Shown: positions 1 to 9,617 of the stretch, one piece after another
Layout of the letters: the number at the start of each line of letters is the position of its first letter
Numbering within the stretch: the first letter of the stretch is position 1
Assembly (NCBI GenBank): GCA_039815185.1
Contig: JBCBZT010000017.1
Span: 64,001-128,000, forward strand
DNA length: 64,000 nt
From: Cyanobacteria bacterium P01_A01_bin.123
GTDB taxonomy: Bacteria; Cyanobacteriota; Cyanobacteriia; Phormidesmidales; Phormidesmidaceae
Reading direction: 5' to 3'
Position numbers and translations under genes: made by a program
Notes under the pieces: model-generated
Told to the model about the DNA's origin: nothing
Seen by the model: the letters and a program-made list of their open reading frames with translations, nothing else
The model's database searches: none

Positions 1-215
1 TTACCACTGCCGCAGGCATGGTTGTCGCCATTTTGGCGCTGTTGGTTTTCCGCGTGATGGTGACCCTGCAAGCCCAGCAGATTGACTACTTTTCTGAAGC
101 GGGTAACGAACTCGAACTGATTTATCGTCAATACTGGTATGAACCTGCGCTGTTGGCAGCGGATCATCACCTACCCATAAGCGATCCCGCTCCACCGCAA
201 CCGATCTCCCCATAA
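1..215 (+). CDS. exbB: MotA/TolQ/ExbB proton channel protein, 3' partial
   Basis: Frame open from the window edge reads TTAAGMVVAILALLVFR, the last TM helix of ExbB/TolQ; followed directly by two exbD genes. Confidence 0.85.
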   Translation, partial: TTAAGMVVAILALLVFRVMVTLQAQQIDYFSEAGNELELIYRQYWYEPALLAADHHLPISDPAPPQPISP

Positions 216-293
216 GCGACCCGTCTTGATTTGTCTTTCAGTCATCTGTCTTCCTACAACCTGTCTTTGTAGTAACTCTGCGATGTAGTAACC

Positions 294-737
294 ATGCGAT
301 TTCGACAGCAGCAAGAAGAGCCGGGTAAACTACCCCAGGTTGACTTAATCCCCATGCTTAACGTAATGATGGGGATTTTGGCCTTTTTTGTCATGATCAC
401 CATGTCTCTCAGTGCCGATAAGGTGATGGAAGTGAACCTGCCTCCCAAAGGCGACGACGATGAAAATGCCGAAATCACCGCCGCTCAGCTCAAAGACTTA
501 TTTATCGTCCAAATCGACGGGGAAAGGCAAATCACACTCAACCAGGAGCCCATCGATAAAGACGAACTAAGAGCCCGCATCGAAATCTTTTTAGCTGAGC
601 AAGAAGACCGTACCGTCTACATCTTGCCCGACCAAGCCCTACCCTATGAAGAAGTGCTAATCTTCCTGGGTGAAATGCGCGCCGTCGGCGGCGATCGCGT
701 CTCGTTAGCAATTGAAGCCTCTGAAGAAGAAGAGTAA
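294..737 (+). CDS. exbD: ExbD/TolR biopolymer transport protein
   Basis: VDLIPMLNVMMGILAFFVMI TM segment, VNLP, and C-terminal PDQALPYEEV...GGDRVSL. The usually conserved TM Asp appears as Asn (PMLN). Confidence 0.9.
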   Translation: MRFRQQQEEPGKLPQVDLIPMLNVMMGILAFFVMITMSLSADKVMEVNLPPKGDDDENAEITAAQLKDLFIVQIDGERQITLNQEPIDKDELRARIEIFLAEQEDRTVYILPDQALPYEEVLIFLGEMRAVGGDRVSLAIEASEEEE

Positions 738-742
738 ACGCT

Positions 743-1177
743 ATGCGTTCCAAAAATCGTCGTCCTGCCTCCCGTATCCCTGAAGTTAACCTCGTGCCAA
801 TGATGGACGTGTTGATGACGGTATTGACGTTTTTTATCATCATTTCTATGGGATTGACGGGACAGCAGTTGATGAATGTCAACTTACCTCGTGGCGGAGA
901 CGGTAGCGGCGTAGATACTGAGGTTCAAGCCATTGGTGAAGAACAGGAAATTGAAAACCTAGTGATTGGTCTCGACAATCAGGGCAACATTTTGTTGGAC
1001 AATGAAGCGGTGAGTTTGGCAGTTTTGGGGCAGGCCGTGCAGCAGTTTGCGACCAGTAACACTGAAGGCAAAATTGTGCTCAAGGCCGATCGCGATTTGC
1101 CCTACGAGCAAGTGGCAGACCTATTGACTGATCTGCGGGATATCGGCGGCGATCGCGTATCGTTAGCCTTTGAATAA
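743..1177 (+). CDS. exbD: ExbD/TolR biopolymer transport protein
   Basis: EVNLVPMMDVLMTVLTFFII with the conserved Asp; LKADRDLPYEQV motif. Confidence 0.92.
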   Translation: MRSKNRRPASRIPEVNLVPMMDVLMTVLTFFIIISMGLTGQQLMNVNLPRGGDGSGVDTEVQAIGEEQEIENLVIGLDNQGNILLDNEAVSLAVLGQAVQQFATSNTEGKIVLKADRDLPYEQVADLLTDLRDIGGDRVSLAFE

Positions 1178-1185
1178 GTATTTTT

Positions 1186-2199
1186 ATGACCGATACCCTA
1201 TTTCGGGCTTATGTTCCGCTGCTGTTTTGGCCAGGATTAGGACTGTTATTGTTCCGAGTCCTGCCGGATACGTTTCCAAGGCTGTTGGGTCGTGCCCTCT
1301 ACTGGGTGGGTGTGCCCCTAGAAATCTTTAGCTTGATCCGCCGAGCCAGCCTCTCTGGAGAGGTGGGCCTCACCCCTGCGATCGCAGTCGGGGCTCTCGT
1401 GACCGGACTGCTGCTGGCAGAGCTCTGCTGGCGTGGCTTAAGCAGGTTAGCCGCCGTCAAGGTAGAATCGCTGGCGATCGCAGCTTGGAGCCCATTTCAT
1501 CAACCTCAGCTAACAGACGGGGCTGAGCCCCCAATGCCGATAGCAACTAATCGTGCCATCCAGGGCAGTTTTACGTTGGCGGCAATGATTGGCAATACGG
1601 GGTTTGTCGGTCTGGCGATCGCCCCAACCCTCGTCAACGATGAGTATTTAAGCTGGCTGGTGTTCTACAGCGTGGCCCACAATGTTCTCGGCAGCTACGG
1701 CTTAGGGGTATTCGTGGCGAGTTATTTTGGTCGGACTGCCCGTGATCAGGGCGGTTGGCAGCGGGTCAAAGATGTTTTAACAGTGCCATCGCTTTGGGCC
1801 TTTGGGTTGGGGTTAGGGACGCGATCGCTACCTTTTCCTGCAACGCTTGAAACCGGGCTCGAAGCCTCGGTTTGGGTGATTATTCCCTTGGCCCTTTTGC
1901 TAATGGGGATGCGCCTCAGTCAGATCCGCAGTTGGCAAAGTGTACGACTCGCATTGATCCCTTGCATCATCAAAATTGGGTTAATTCCTTTATTAGTCGG
2001 TATGGTCACACTGCTCATCGGATTGCCGAGACCAGCCTGTCTTGCCTTGGTCTTGATGTCTGGGATGCCCAGTGCATTTGCTAACCTAATTTTGGCTGAG
2101 GAATACGATCTCGATCGGGACTTGGTGGCAACTGCGATCGCCATGACCACCAGCTTAATTTTGGTCACAATTCCCTGTTGGCTCTGGCTTTTTGGTTAA
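1186..2199 (+). CDS. AEC (auxin efflux carrier) family transporter
   Basis: About 10 hydrophobic segments; GNTGFVG and GMPSAFANLILAEEYDLD motifs typical of the AEC family. Confidence 0.85.
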   Translation: MTDTLFRAYVPLLFWPGLGLLLFRVLPDTFPRLLGRALYWVGVPLEIFSLIRRASLSGEVGLTPAIAVGALVTGLLLAELCWRGLSRLAAVKVESLAIAAWSPFHQPQLTDGAEPPMPIATNRAIQGSFTLAAMIGNTGFVGLAIAPTLVNDEYLSWLVFYSVAHNVLGSYGLGVFVASYFGRTARDQGGWQRVKDVLTVPSLWAFGLGLGTRSLPFPATLETGLEASVWVIIPLALLLMGMRLSQIRSWQSVRLALIPCIIKIGLIPLLVGMVTLLIGLPRPACLALVLMSGMPSAFANLILAEEYDLDRDLVATAIAMTTSLILVTIPCWLWLFG

Positions 2200-2448
2200 A
2201 ACTGGGCATCCTGACCTAAGGCAATCCCGACCTAAGGCAACATGGGGGGGTAGGTTTAGGGTAATATCAAAGCCGCCAAGGATAATCCACTACCTTTTGA
2301 CAAACGTAACGGATATTTCCAAGTAGCCCCACGATTGTTGCCTGCCTGTCGGCATGAATCTCCGGAATCCCTGGCTAAGTCAGTGGTAAGAAGGAAGAGG
2401 CGATCGCCCTAATTTGATAGAATCTTTTCTGAATAGCGCTTTGAGCGT

Positions 2449-3057
2449 ATGCAATTACAAAGTCCAACTGACGTATCTTCTAAACCGCTGATTTTAGACA
2501 GCTTACCCGATATTGACCTGCCCAGCGAAGTTTGCCCCCGCCGGGCCAAAATGCAGGTCGATTTTCTCATGCTGGCTATTGAAGCCCTTGACCTAGGGGG
2601 CTCAGAAGCCATGCTGATTACAGTCCGTGACTTAGAATTGAAAGACGTCGTCAAAGGCCGCGTTGGGCTCTGGTTGTTGCGCGGTACCAACCCTTTACGG
2701 CTTTCGAGTCAGCGCCGTCCACTCACACTCATTGAGGCAAAAGCCTTGGTGATGATTATTTGTCATCTCTCCCGGCGGCTCACAGTGTTAATTCGTCAGT
2801 TACTTTTAGGCTATCAGCGCGTCACTGAGCAGCAGCTCTCTGTCGATCATTACTTTCGATTGGCTGATTATTTAACCCGCTTTCGGTCCCACTTCCGAGC
2901 CCGTATGAATCCCCGGCGGGCAGGCGTCATTGCCTACAGCTCCGATGAAAAACTCAACGAATTGGCCATTCAACTGTTGACCAAGCTACTTTTTTGCACC
3001 GGAACCTACGGCCCCCAGCGACTATGGAATAGCTTGTTTGATGGAGACGTGACATGA
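2449..3057 (+). CDS. DUF3038-like conserved cyanobacterial protein
   Basis: LLAIEALDLGGSE and LLFCTGTYGPQRLWNSLFDG-type motifs; stop overlaps the next start (ATGA). Confidence 0.7.
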   Translation: MQLQSPTDVSSKPLILDSLPDIDLPSEVCPRRAKMQVDFLMLAIEALDLGGSEAMLITVRDLELKDVVKGRVGLWLLRGTNPLRLSSQRRPLTLIEAKALVMIICHLSRRLTVLIRQLLLGYQRVTEQQLSVDHYFRLADYLTRFRSHFRARMNPRRAGVIAYSSDEKLNELAIQLLTKLLFCTGTYGPQRLWNSLFDGDVT

Positions 3058-4562
3058 CCATCCAGCGTCAATATATATTGCCTAACTGCAACCTAATTTT
3101 AGAAGGGTTGAGCACCGCCGTTGAACCCGCCCTAGAAGAGGTGATGTCGGTGGTCATGAATGCCGAGTGTCACTTTCCAGCTGAAAAGACCACCCTTAAA
3201 GGGGGGCGGGAATTTTTAGATGGTCTAGTAGGTGCGGTCAATCAGTATGGACAAAGCTTTTTGAGTGGGCTACCTGCGCGTCAAACGGTTAACGATAAAG
3301 TATCTCCCGTGCAAATTAAGCCAGGGGATGGCACTTATCACCATTTGTTAATTCAATCCCAGGTTTTAAGTGACGGTAGCGATGGCCCCACAGCAGACAA
3401 TCAGGCTCCCCAAGACATTAAGTTAACCACAGTGCAGCTCTTTGACTTGCTGGAAGCCGTTGACCAACTGGTGGCGGATGCTCAAACCTTGCCTGATCTC
3501 AAGTTTAGCCTGCAGCCCCTATCGCGACGGCTAGTGAAGCCCAGTGAACCTGTGGCCCAACGAACCCTGCCCGCCGCCGTGGGTGTATCAACTTTAGCCG
3601 CCGCCGCGATCGCTGTGGCATTATTGCCTGTCCCAGAGGTACGGCCCCCAGAGCAGCCTGAATCAGAGAGCGAGACGCAAGAACAGTCGGTTACGCCCTC
3701 GACGCCATCTACCAGTGATCTCAATGTTGATGAATCAGATGCGCCTGAAGCAGTCGTTGATGCGGTAACCGCAGCGGCTGTCCTAGATGGTCGCCCAGAG
3801 ACTGCCCCTGTAATTACTGATGGTGAAACCTTAGATCGACTCCAGCAATTGCTTTCGGAAGACTTACAAGAAGCATGGGGTGGCGACCCTAGCTTTGATG
3901 AAGATTTGAGCTTTCGGGTTGGGGTGTCCGAAACAGGAGACATTCTGGGCTACAAGTACGAAAATGATGCCGCGTTGGTCAATGTTGACGATACGCCCTT
4001 ACCTAGCCTGACCTATGTTCCGGTTGAACCTGAAGTGGTGCAGCAAGAGCCCATGGCGCAGTTTTCCGTCACCTTTGCCATGAATGGTATCGTAGAAGTT
4101 GAACCCGTCAATGCATCGGCTACTGCCGATGCAGCAGAGGCAGAAGATGAGTCTGATGAAGCGCCTGATTTAAATGAATCAGTTGAGACGGCTGACTCAG
4201 AAGCCTCAGAAGCCCCATCTGCTGCAACCAATGCCACAGACTTATCTAATGTGATTGACAACGAAGTCACTGACGTCAACAGCATTCGGACGCTTAATCG
4301 GCAACTTTACGAGGCTGTTGCAGCCGAGTTTGAGTCCGCTAACTACCCAGAAGACATCACCTACCAGGTGCGGGTAAATGACGCTGGGGAAATTATTGGT
4401 TATGAACCGGTTGATCAGGTCGCTAGCGATCAAGCCGATCGAACCCCACTGCCTGATTTGGTCAATGGGGCGGCAGCTACTGATCGACCTCAAGTCGATT
4501 TTAAATTGGTATTTACTGAAGGCGGTGTGATTCAGGTGAATCCGTGGAGAGGATGGCCATAG
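3054..4562 (+). CDS. DUF4335-like membrane-anchored protein with two repeated C-terminal domains
   Basis: N-terminus MTIQRQYILPNCNLILEG; QLFDLLEAVDQ; one TM segment; acidic Pro-rich linker; duplicated domain ending TPLP(S/D)L...F.(V/L).F...G.(V/I).V. Confidence 0.7.
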   Translation: MTIQRQYILPNCNLILEGLSTAVEPALEEVMSVVMNAECHFPAEKTTLKGGREFLDGLVGAVNQYGQSFLSGLPARQTVNDKVSPVQIKPGDGTYHHLLIQSQVLSDGSDGPTADNQAPQDIKLTTVQLFDLLEAVDQLVADAQTLPDLKFSLQPLSRRLVKPSEPVAQRTLPAAVGVSTLAAAAIAVALLPVPEVRPPEQPESESETQEQSVTPSTPSTSDLNVDESDAPEAVVDAVTAAAVLDGRPETAPVITDGETLDRLQQLLSEDLQEAWGGDPSFDEDLSFRVGVSETGDILGYKYENDAALVNVDDTPLPSLTYVPVEPEVVQQEPMAQFSVTFAMNGIVEVEPVNASATADAAEAEDESDEAPDLNESVETADSEASEAPSAATNATDLSNVIDNEVTDVNSIRTLNRQLYEAVAAEFESANYPEDITYQVRVNDAGEIIGYEPVDQVASDQADRTPLPDLVNGAAATDRPQVDFKLVFTEGGVIQVNPWRGWP

Positions 4563-4664
4563 CTGAGGTGTGACGCCGCAGATTTAGTATCGCTTTAAGG
4601 CAAGGTGATCCTGATTTATAACAAGTGCGCTAGGCTGGAACCGAACTTTTGACGGAAGGGAGCG

Positions 4665-5819
4665 ATGACAGAAGGAGTCCCTACCCCCAAGCCCACCTCT
4701 GGTCTGCCCAAATCCGCAGCCCACTCTTTAGGTAATGTCAGTGCGTCGGGACAGGCTGTTTCTTCTGAGTCTGTTCAAGACTTAGCGGATCTACCCCAGT
4801 TCGATCAACTCCAGACTGAACCCAAAAGTGCGAGCAATCAGCGCCAATCTGACAGGCGATCGCGCTCATCCCAGGCTTCCCGGTCATCAAGGGGTGTGGT
4901 TCAGTTCTTGTTCACCACCCTCTTCCGCCTCATGCTGCTGGGCGCAGGCGGTTCTCTCTCTTGGTCAGTAGGGGTGCTAGTGGCTCATTTCAACCCAGCC
5001 CAATCCCAGACTAAGGTTCCATTGCAAGAGGTCACATTGCGGAGCACCAATCGCGTGATCACTAAGCTGCGACAGTTGCCGCAGTGGTGGCAGCAAGATG
5101 GTCTTGCTGTAGCGCCAGCAGCGCCAATTTTACTCCCCAACCGTGGCGTAACCGCAGTGCCAGGGAATCAAGGAGCCAGCGATTCAGCCCGCTCTGAACT
5201 CAGCCCAGCCCAGCGGGAAACGCTGCAATCAGATTTAGAGGCAGCACAGACAGATCTGTCAGCATTAGCCGAGCGCGTTGGGGCCCTAGAATCTGATTTG
5301 GGGCAAGCCAACGACGGGCGATCGCTGGAAAGACGCCTCGAAGTCATCGAACAACTGCTGACCCTAGGACAAGCTGATTCCCCTGATGCGCGGGCAGAGA
5401 CTGCCGCTGCTGAGGCTCCTATTGATCAATCTGGAACAGGAACGGCGATTCCAAGTTCGACCACACCGCGTCTCCCTCAAGTTACGCTTCCCAGTGATGT
5501 GCTGTTTGAACGCAACAGCTCTCAACTGAAGGCTGGGGCTGAGTCGATCTTAGATGCCATTGTTGTTGACCTATTGGCCTACCCCGGTTCAAATATTTTG
5601 ATCGCCAGCTATACCGATGATGTGGGTGATGCTGCGGACAACCGAGAGCTGTCATTTTTACGGGCCAGCGCTATCGAGCGTTACTTTCAGGAAATCTTGG
5701 GCGATCAATATCGCTGGGTTCCCATCGGCTACGGCGAAACTCGCCCTCTAACTGAAAATGCCACCGACTCCAACCGCCAACGCAATCGCCGAATTGAAAT
5801 TACGATTGATCAGCGATAG
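4665..5819 (+). CDS. OmpA/MotB C-terminal domain protein (membrane anchored, coiled coil)
   Basis: VTLPSDVLF, YTDDVG..NRELSFLRA, GYGETRP and NRRIEI peptidoglycan-binding motifs; N-terminal TM segment. Confidence 0.85.
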   Translation: MTEGVPTPKPTSGLPKSAAHSLGNVSASGQAVSSESVQDLADLPQFDQLQTEPKSASNQRQSDRRSRSSQASRSSRGVVQFLFTTLFRLMLLGAGGSLSWSVGVLVAHFNPAQSQTKVPLQEVTLRSTNRVITKLRQLPQWWQQDGLAVAPAAPILLPNRGVTAVPGNQGASDSARSELSPAQRETLQSDLEAAQTDLSALAERVGALESDLGQANDGRSLERRLEVIEQLLTLGQADSPDARAETAAAEAPIDQSGTGTAIPSSTTPRLPQVTLPSDVLFERNSSQLKAGAESILDAIVVDLLAYPGSNILIASYTDDVGDAADNRELSFLRASAIERYFQEILGDQYRWVPIGYGETRPLTENATDSNRQRNRRIEITIDQR

Positions 5820-5847
5820 GCATAGTGTGGTGTTCCTAAAAACTAGC

Positions 5848-5875
5848 AAAAAGGGCGTACGAAATAGGTACGCCC
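5848..5875 (-). terminator. Probable intrinsic terminator of petE
   Basis: GGGCGTAC/GTACGCCC stem (5853-5860/5868-5875) next to an A5 run, which is a U-tract on the minus strand; between convergent genes. Confidence 0.6.
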
Positions 5876-5930
5876 CCTTGAAAAGTCATTTGTCTAGGCT
5901 TTAGACACTGATACCCAAAAAGGTCGCCTA

Positions 5931-6326
5931 CTATTCAACAATGATCTTACCGACCATGCCTGCACCACGGTGGGGTGCACAGTAGTAGGTATATTCACCC
6001 GGATCAACGTCGAAGGTAGAAGAGTAGTTCTCACCAGGGGCAAAGGTCAGTTGGCTATGGGAAAGCTTGTCAGCTAAACCCTTGTCGCTTAAGTCAAAAA
6101 TTACGTTGTGAGGAGCCATTTTGTTGTTGACCCAGGTCACAGTATCCCCAGCCTTAACCGTTATGGTGGAAGGTTCAAAAACAAGCAGCCCAGAATCAGA
6201 ACCCATCTTGACTTCATAGCCTGAAGCCGCAGCTGGAGCTGCTGCCATGACAAAGGTACTAATAACTAGGGCGATCGCGACCACGGCAATACCTAGGCTG
6301 CGAGATATCCGAGCGATAAATTTCAT
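5931..6326 (-). CDS. petE: Plastocyanin
   Basis: Signal peptide, [14 protein letters not shown], and Cu ligands PHN and [11 protein letters not shown]. Confidence 0.97.
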   Translation of the reverse strand: MKFIARISRSLGIAVVAIALVISTFVMAAAPAAASGYEVKMGSDSGLLVFEPSTITVKAGDTVTWVNNKMAPHNVIFDLSDKGLADKLSHSQLTFAPGENYSSTFDVDPGEYTYYCAPHRGAGMVGKIIVE

Positions 6327-6480
6327 AACTACCTCTAAACGCTGACTCTAAAACGTATGTCGTCCAGAAATAATTATATTGCCTATTTAGCGCGTTTCTC
6401 AATACACCATTGATAGACTTGCGATTTTGTTAGCCATGGGCAGGTGTCCATCTAAGATGCAAGGCTAGTCAATTGTGCCA

Positions 6481-6530
6481 AAAACAAAACTAAGGAGATC
6501 TTCAGCCGAAGATCTCCTTAGTTTTGTTTT
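6481..6530. terminator. Perfect 23-bp inverted repeat, probable terminator after psbV
   Basis: AAAACAAAACTAAGGAGATCTTC-agcc-GAAGATCTCCTTAGTTTTGTTTT, 20 nt past the psbV stop. Confidence 0.75.
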
Positions 6531-6550
6531 ATCAAACTAGGATGCTTAAC

Positions 6551-7045
6551 CTATAAACTCTTGGTTTTACCAGCACCCCACATGGCACCAAGTACTTTAG
6601 GCTGAAGCAGAATATGCCCTGAAATTGCCACCAAATCATCTTCGGTCAGACTACGCATCTTTGGAAAGATGTCTGTACTCTTCATACTGGGGTGAAACTC
6701 AGAAATTTCCTGTAGACCATCGTAGGTGGTTGGATTCTTCAGATAATCCACCAATGCTTCAAGGTTATTACGATCGGGCAGGGCTCCTGCCAAGGCTTCA
6801 GGTTCTAGCCCCACATTGGGATTGGTTTTCGTAATTCCACTGACATGGCAGGTCGCACAGGCATAGTTGAATTGCTTCTTTCCGCGAGCGACTTCTTCTA
6901 AGCTCAGCACATAGGTATCGCCCGCTTCATTCAGCTTGACTGTCCGGATGGTTTCATCTAGCTGAGCAGCGATCGCGTTTCCAGCAAACAAATGCCCTAC
7001 CAAAAACACAGCCACCACAACCAGCCAAGTGCATCTCTTAAACAT
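6551..7045 (-). CDS. psbV: Photosystem II cytochrome c550
   Basis: CATCH heme motif, TKTNPNVGL, KNPTTYDG, HPSMKSTDIFPKMR; ATG at 7045 preceded by GAGGAG. Confidence 0.96.
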   Translation of the reverse strand: MFKRCTWLVVVAVFLVGHLFAGNAIAAQLDETIRTVKLNEAGDTYVLSLEEVARGKKQFNYACATCHVSGITKTNPNVGLEPEALAGALPDRNNLEALVDYLKNPTTYDGLQEISEFHPSMKSTDIFPKMRSLTEDDLVAISGHILLQPKVLGAMWGAGKTKSL

Positions 7046-7235
7046 GGTTCTCCTCAAAAAAATGGCTCAATGATTATTTCAAAAAGTCAACACAGCTTGA
7101 CTCAAATACCTTAGAGTTGCCCATGTTAAGCACAGGCAGGATTGAGTTAATCTCATACTCAATATCATGCCACCGAAGGGGGCAAACCCAAAATCCTACT
7201 GGGGAATCAGGATTCCACTGGGTGCTCTGCAATCT

Positions 7236-8186
7236 TTATCCATCAATTGGCTGCATCGAAGTTTCAGGATGGCTCAAAACTTTATTTTCAGGGGGATAAG
7301 CAGCGTGGTGAGCAGATTCTGCTCCTGGAAAAGGTTGATGCAGCCGAACCAGCTGTGCCAAAGTCGTTTTCAACAGGGTTCGTGACACGACCATATCGAC
7401 GAAACCATGGTTGAGCAGATACTCCGATGTTTGGAAATCATCGGGTAGTTTTTCCCTTAGGGTTTGCTCAACCACACGCCGTCCAGCAAAGGCAATCGTG
7501 GCGGTCGGTTCGGCGATGATCACATCCCCCAACATGGCAAAACTAGCAGTCACACCGCCCGTTGTGGGATGGCTCAATACAGGGATATAGAGTAGCCGCT
7601 CGTTGCGGTGACGATCGAGGGCTCCGGAGATTTTAGCCATCTGCATCAGACTCAGCATTCCTTCCTGCATCCTTGCCCCACCTGAGGCGCAGACAATCAC
7701 AACGGGGAGTTTATGCTGGGTGCCTCGCTCAATCAAACGGGTAAGCTTTTCGCCCACGACAGAGCCCATACTGCCGCCCATAAAGCGGAAGTCCATAACG
7801 CCAAACGCAATAGGTAGCCCATCGAGTTCGCCAAGACCGGTTTGGACGGCATCAGTCAATCCGGTCTTATGTTGGGTATCTCGGATGCGATCGCTATAGG
7901 CCTTGCGATCGCGAAACTTAAGTGGATCTTTGGGTGAAACTTCGGTATCCAAAGGCTTCCAAGTCTCCGCATCAATCAGTTGCTGGATGCGCTCATCGCT
8001 AAAGACCCGATAATGATGACCGCACTCTGGACAAACCCAGGCATTCGCCCGTAAGTCCTTGGTGTAGGTGAGGACGCCACAAGCCTCACACTTGCTCCAT
8101 AAGCCATCAGCAATTTCTCGTTCTTGACGATCTTTGCTAATTGGGCCGGATTTTCTTCGATTTGCAAACCAATCAAATAGGGACAT
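7236..8186 (-). CDS. accD: Acetyl-CoA carboxylase carboxyltransferase beta subunit
   Basis: MSLFDWFA start, C4 zinc finger (CEAC..CPEC), [32 protein letters not shown]. Confidence 0.97.
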   Translation of the reverse strand: MSLFDWFANRRKSGPISKDRQEREIADGLWSKCEACGVLTYTKDLRANAWVCPECGHHYRVFSDERIQQLIDAETWKPLDTEVSPKDPLKFRDRKAYSDRIRDTQHKTGLTDAVQTGLGELDGLPIAFGVMDFRFMGGSMGSVVGEKLTRLIERGTQHKLPVVIVCASGGARMQEGMLSLMQMAKISGALDRHRNERLLYIPVLSHPTTGGVTASFAMLGDVIIAEPTATIAFAGRRVVEQTLREKLPDDFQTSEYLLNHGFVDMVVSRTLLKTTLAQLVRLHQPFPGAESAHHAAYPPENKVLSHPETSMQPIDG

Positions 8187-8314
8187 GAAAACCCTTGCGT
8201 TGCTCCAGGATGTCATCAGCCCCTGGGCGCAGACTTCGGCTTTGATCTAAGTCTGAGATTTAGTCTTGCGATTGAGGGCTATGCTTCCTATCCTACTGGT
8301 TTACTATCACCGAT

Positions 8315-8330
8315 GTTGATCTAGATCACA
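8315..8330. promoter_or_regulatory. Candidate CRP (SyCRP1-type) binding site
   Basis: GTTGA-TCTAGA-TCACA matches 14 of 16 positions of the idealised core TGTGA-TCTAGA-TCACA; lies in a divergent intergenic region. Confidence 0.5.
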
Positions 8331-8551
8331 TCTCTATCCCCCATGTCACCGAACAACTGTGTCCCAAAAACTGCATGAATGCTGCATTCCTAGTGAATTC
8401 ACGATTATTTTTCCTGTCGTTGTAGATAAAACCACTCAAAGCATCCTGAAATCTTCGAGGGGTACCATCGAGGTTAGGTGAATCTATCGAGGCATAAGGT
8501 CTAGACCTTCGCCTATTCTTCAAAATAGGCAAAAGGTGTTGAATCTACCAT

Positions 8552-9586
8552 ATGAGCGCAGTGAATTTAGAGAGCTCTCGCAGCTATGATGCGATCTCGG
8601 ACGATCAGCTAAAAGACGAAGATAATGCCATTTGGGTGGTGGATTTATCTGAGGAGGTTCGCCACACCTGGCTGCAGCGAATTTACTGGTTGCGTTGGGT
8701 TGATCGGCTGGCTGAGCAAGAGCAAATTGTGCGTCAAGGTAATGCGTTTCAAGAGTTCCAGCAGGCTTGGAAGCGCCTTTTAGAGAGCGGCCAAGTGCAC
8801 CCCCATGATCACCAGTGGATCATCCTAGATTATCTACACCAAGTTTGGTTTTCGCCAGAGCGGAGTGCCATTATTGCTGAAGCAATTGAAGCTTGGGATG
8901 GTTATGTGGACGCAATGGGAGACTACCATCAGCGTGATTTGACCCTTGAAACCCTGGCAGATTACGAGCTGATGTTAGAGCGTATTGCAGGGTCATTCTT
9001 CCAGTGTTTCCCTTATCAAAATGTTAGCCAATTGCAGGCAACTCGATTCTTTGGCCTGGTCGACCAGTTTTATAACAACCTGCGAGATTTGCACGAAGAT
9101 ACCCTGCAACAGGTGTGTTACTTTCCCGCTGAAGTCTTAGACCGATTTAACCTCCATCGTCAGGAAATTTTGGAGATGACCTGCTTCAAAAATCCAGGCT
9201 ACTTCAAGCTGATGGAGTTTTGGATTGAAGACTATTTGCCTACCATTCGGCGCAAAACCGCGCGACTGGTACTCGCCAGCGATCTCCATCCCTCTTGGCG
9301 ATTGTTGGGCAATTGGTGCATTCATCGCTATGGTCGGGTGGAGCGAGTGATGAAAAGTTGCAGTTACAACTTTGTTGAATTTCCGACTCAATACTGGAAA
9401 GAGGTGCGCCGGGATTTAGCTCACTACCATACGTTGACTCAGTCTGGGCAAATCAGCTCAGTGCAGCGGGCCTATCAAGTCTCTGCGATATCACGCTTCT
9501 TAAAACTGAGCCCAGCGACCGTCAACACCATTCAAACAGGATTTAAGGCCTTGGAACAAAACTGGGACAGCATCTCATCTCGCTAA
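8552..9586 (+). CDS. Divergent squalene/phytoene synthase-family protein
   Basis: FGLVDQFYNNLRDLHED..VCYFP resembles QLTNILRDVGED..GRIYLP; the first Asp-rich motif is reduced to LRWVDRLAE. Confidence 0.65.
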   Translation: MSAVNLESSRSYDAISDDQLKDEDNAIWVVDLSEEVRHTWLQRIYWLRWVDRLAEQEQIVRQGNAFQEFQQAWKRLLESGQVHPHDHQWIILDYLHQVWFSPERSAIIAEAIEAWDGYVDAMGDYHQRDLTLETLADYELMLERIAGSFFQCFPYQNVSQLQATRFFGLVDQFYNNLRDLHEDTLQQVCYFPAEVLDRFNLHRQEILEMTCFKNPGYFKLMEFWIEDYLPTIRRKTARLVLASDLHPSWRLLGNWCIHRYGRVERVMKSCSYNFVEFPTQYWKEVRRDLAHYHTLTQSGQISSVQRAYQVSAISRFLKLSPATVNTIQTGFKALEQNWDSISSR

Positions 9587-9617
9587 GGTATCTTTAACAA
9601 GCACTCAACCGATAAGC

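Noticed and set aside
2208..2239. 16-bp tandem duplication after the AEC gene
   Set aside because: Only two copies and no structure or context suggesting function
6327..6480. Copper-regulator (PetR) operator upstream of petE
   Set aside because: No convincing palindrome identifiable by eye
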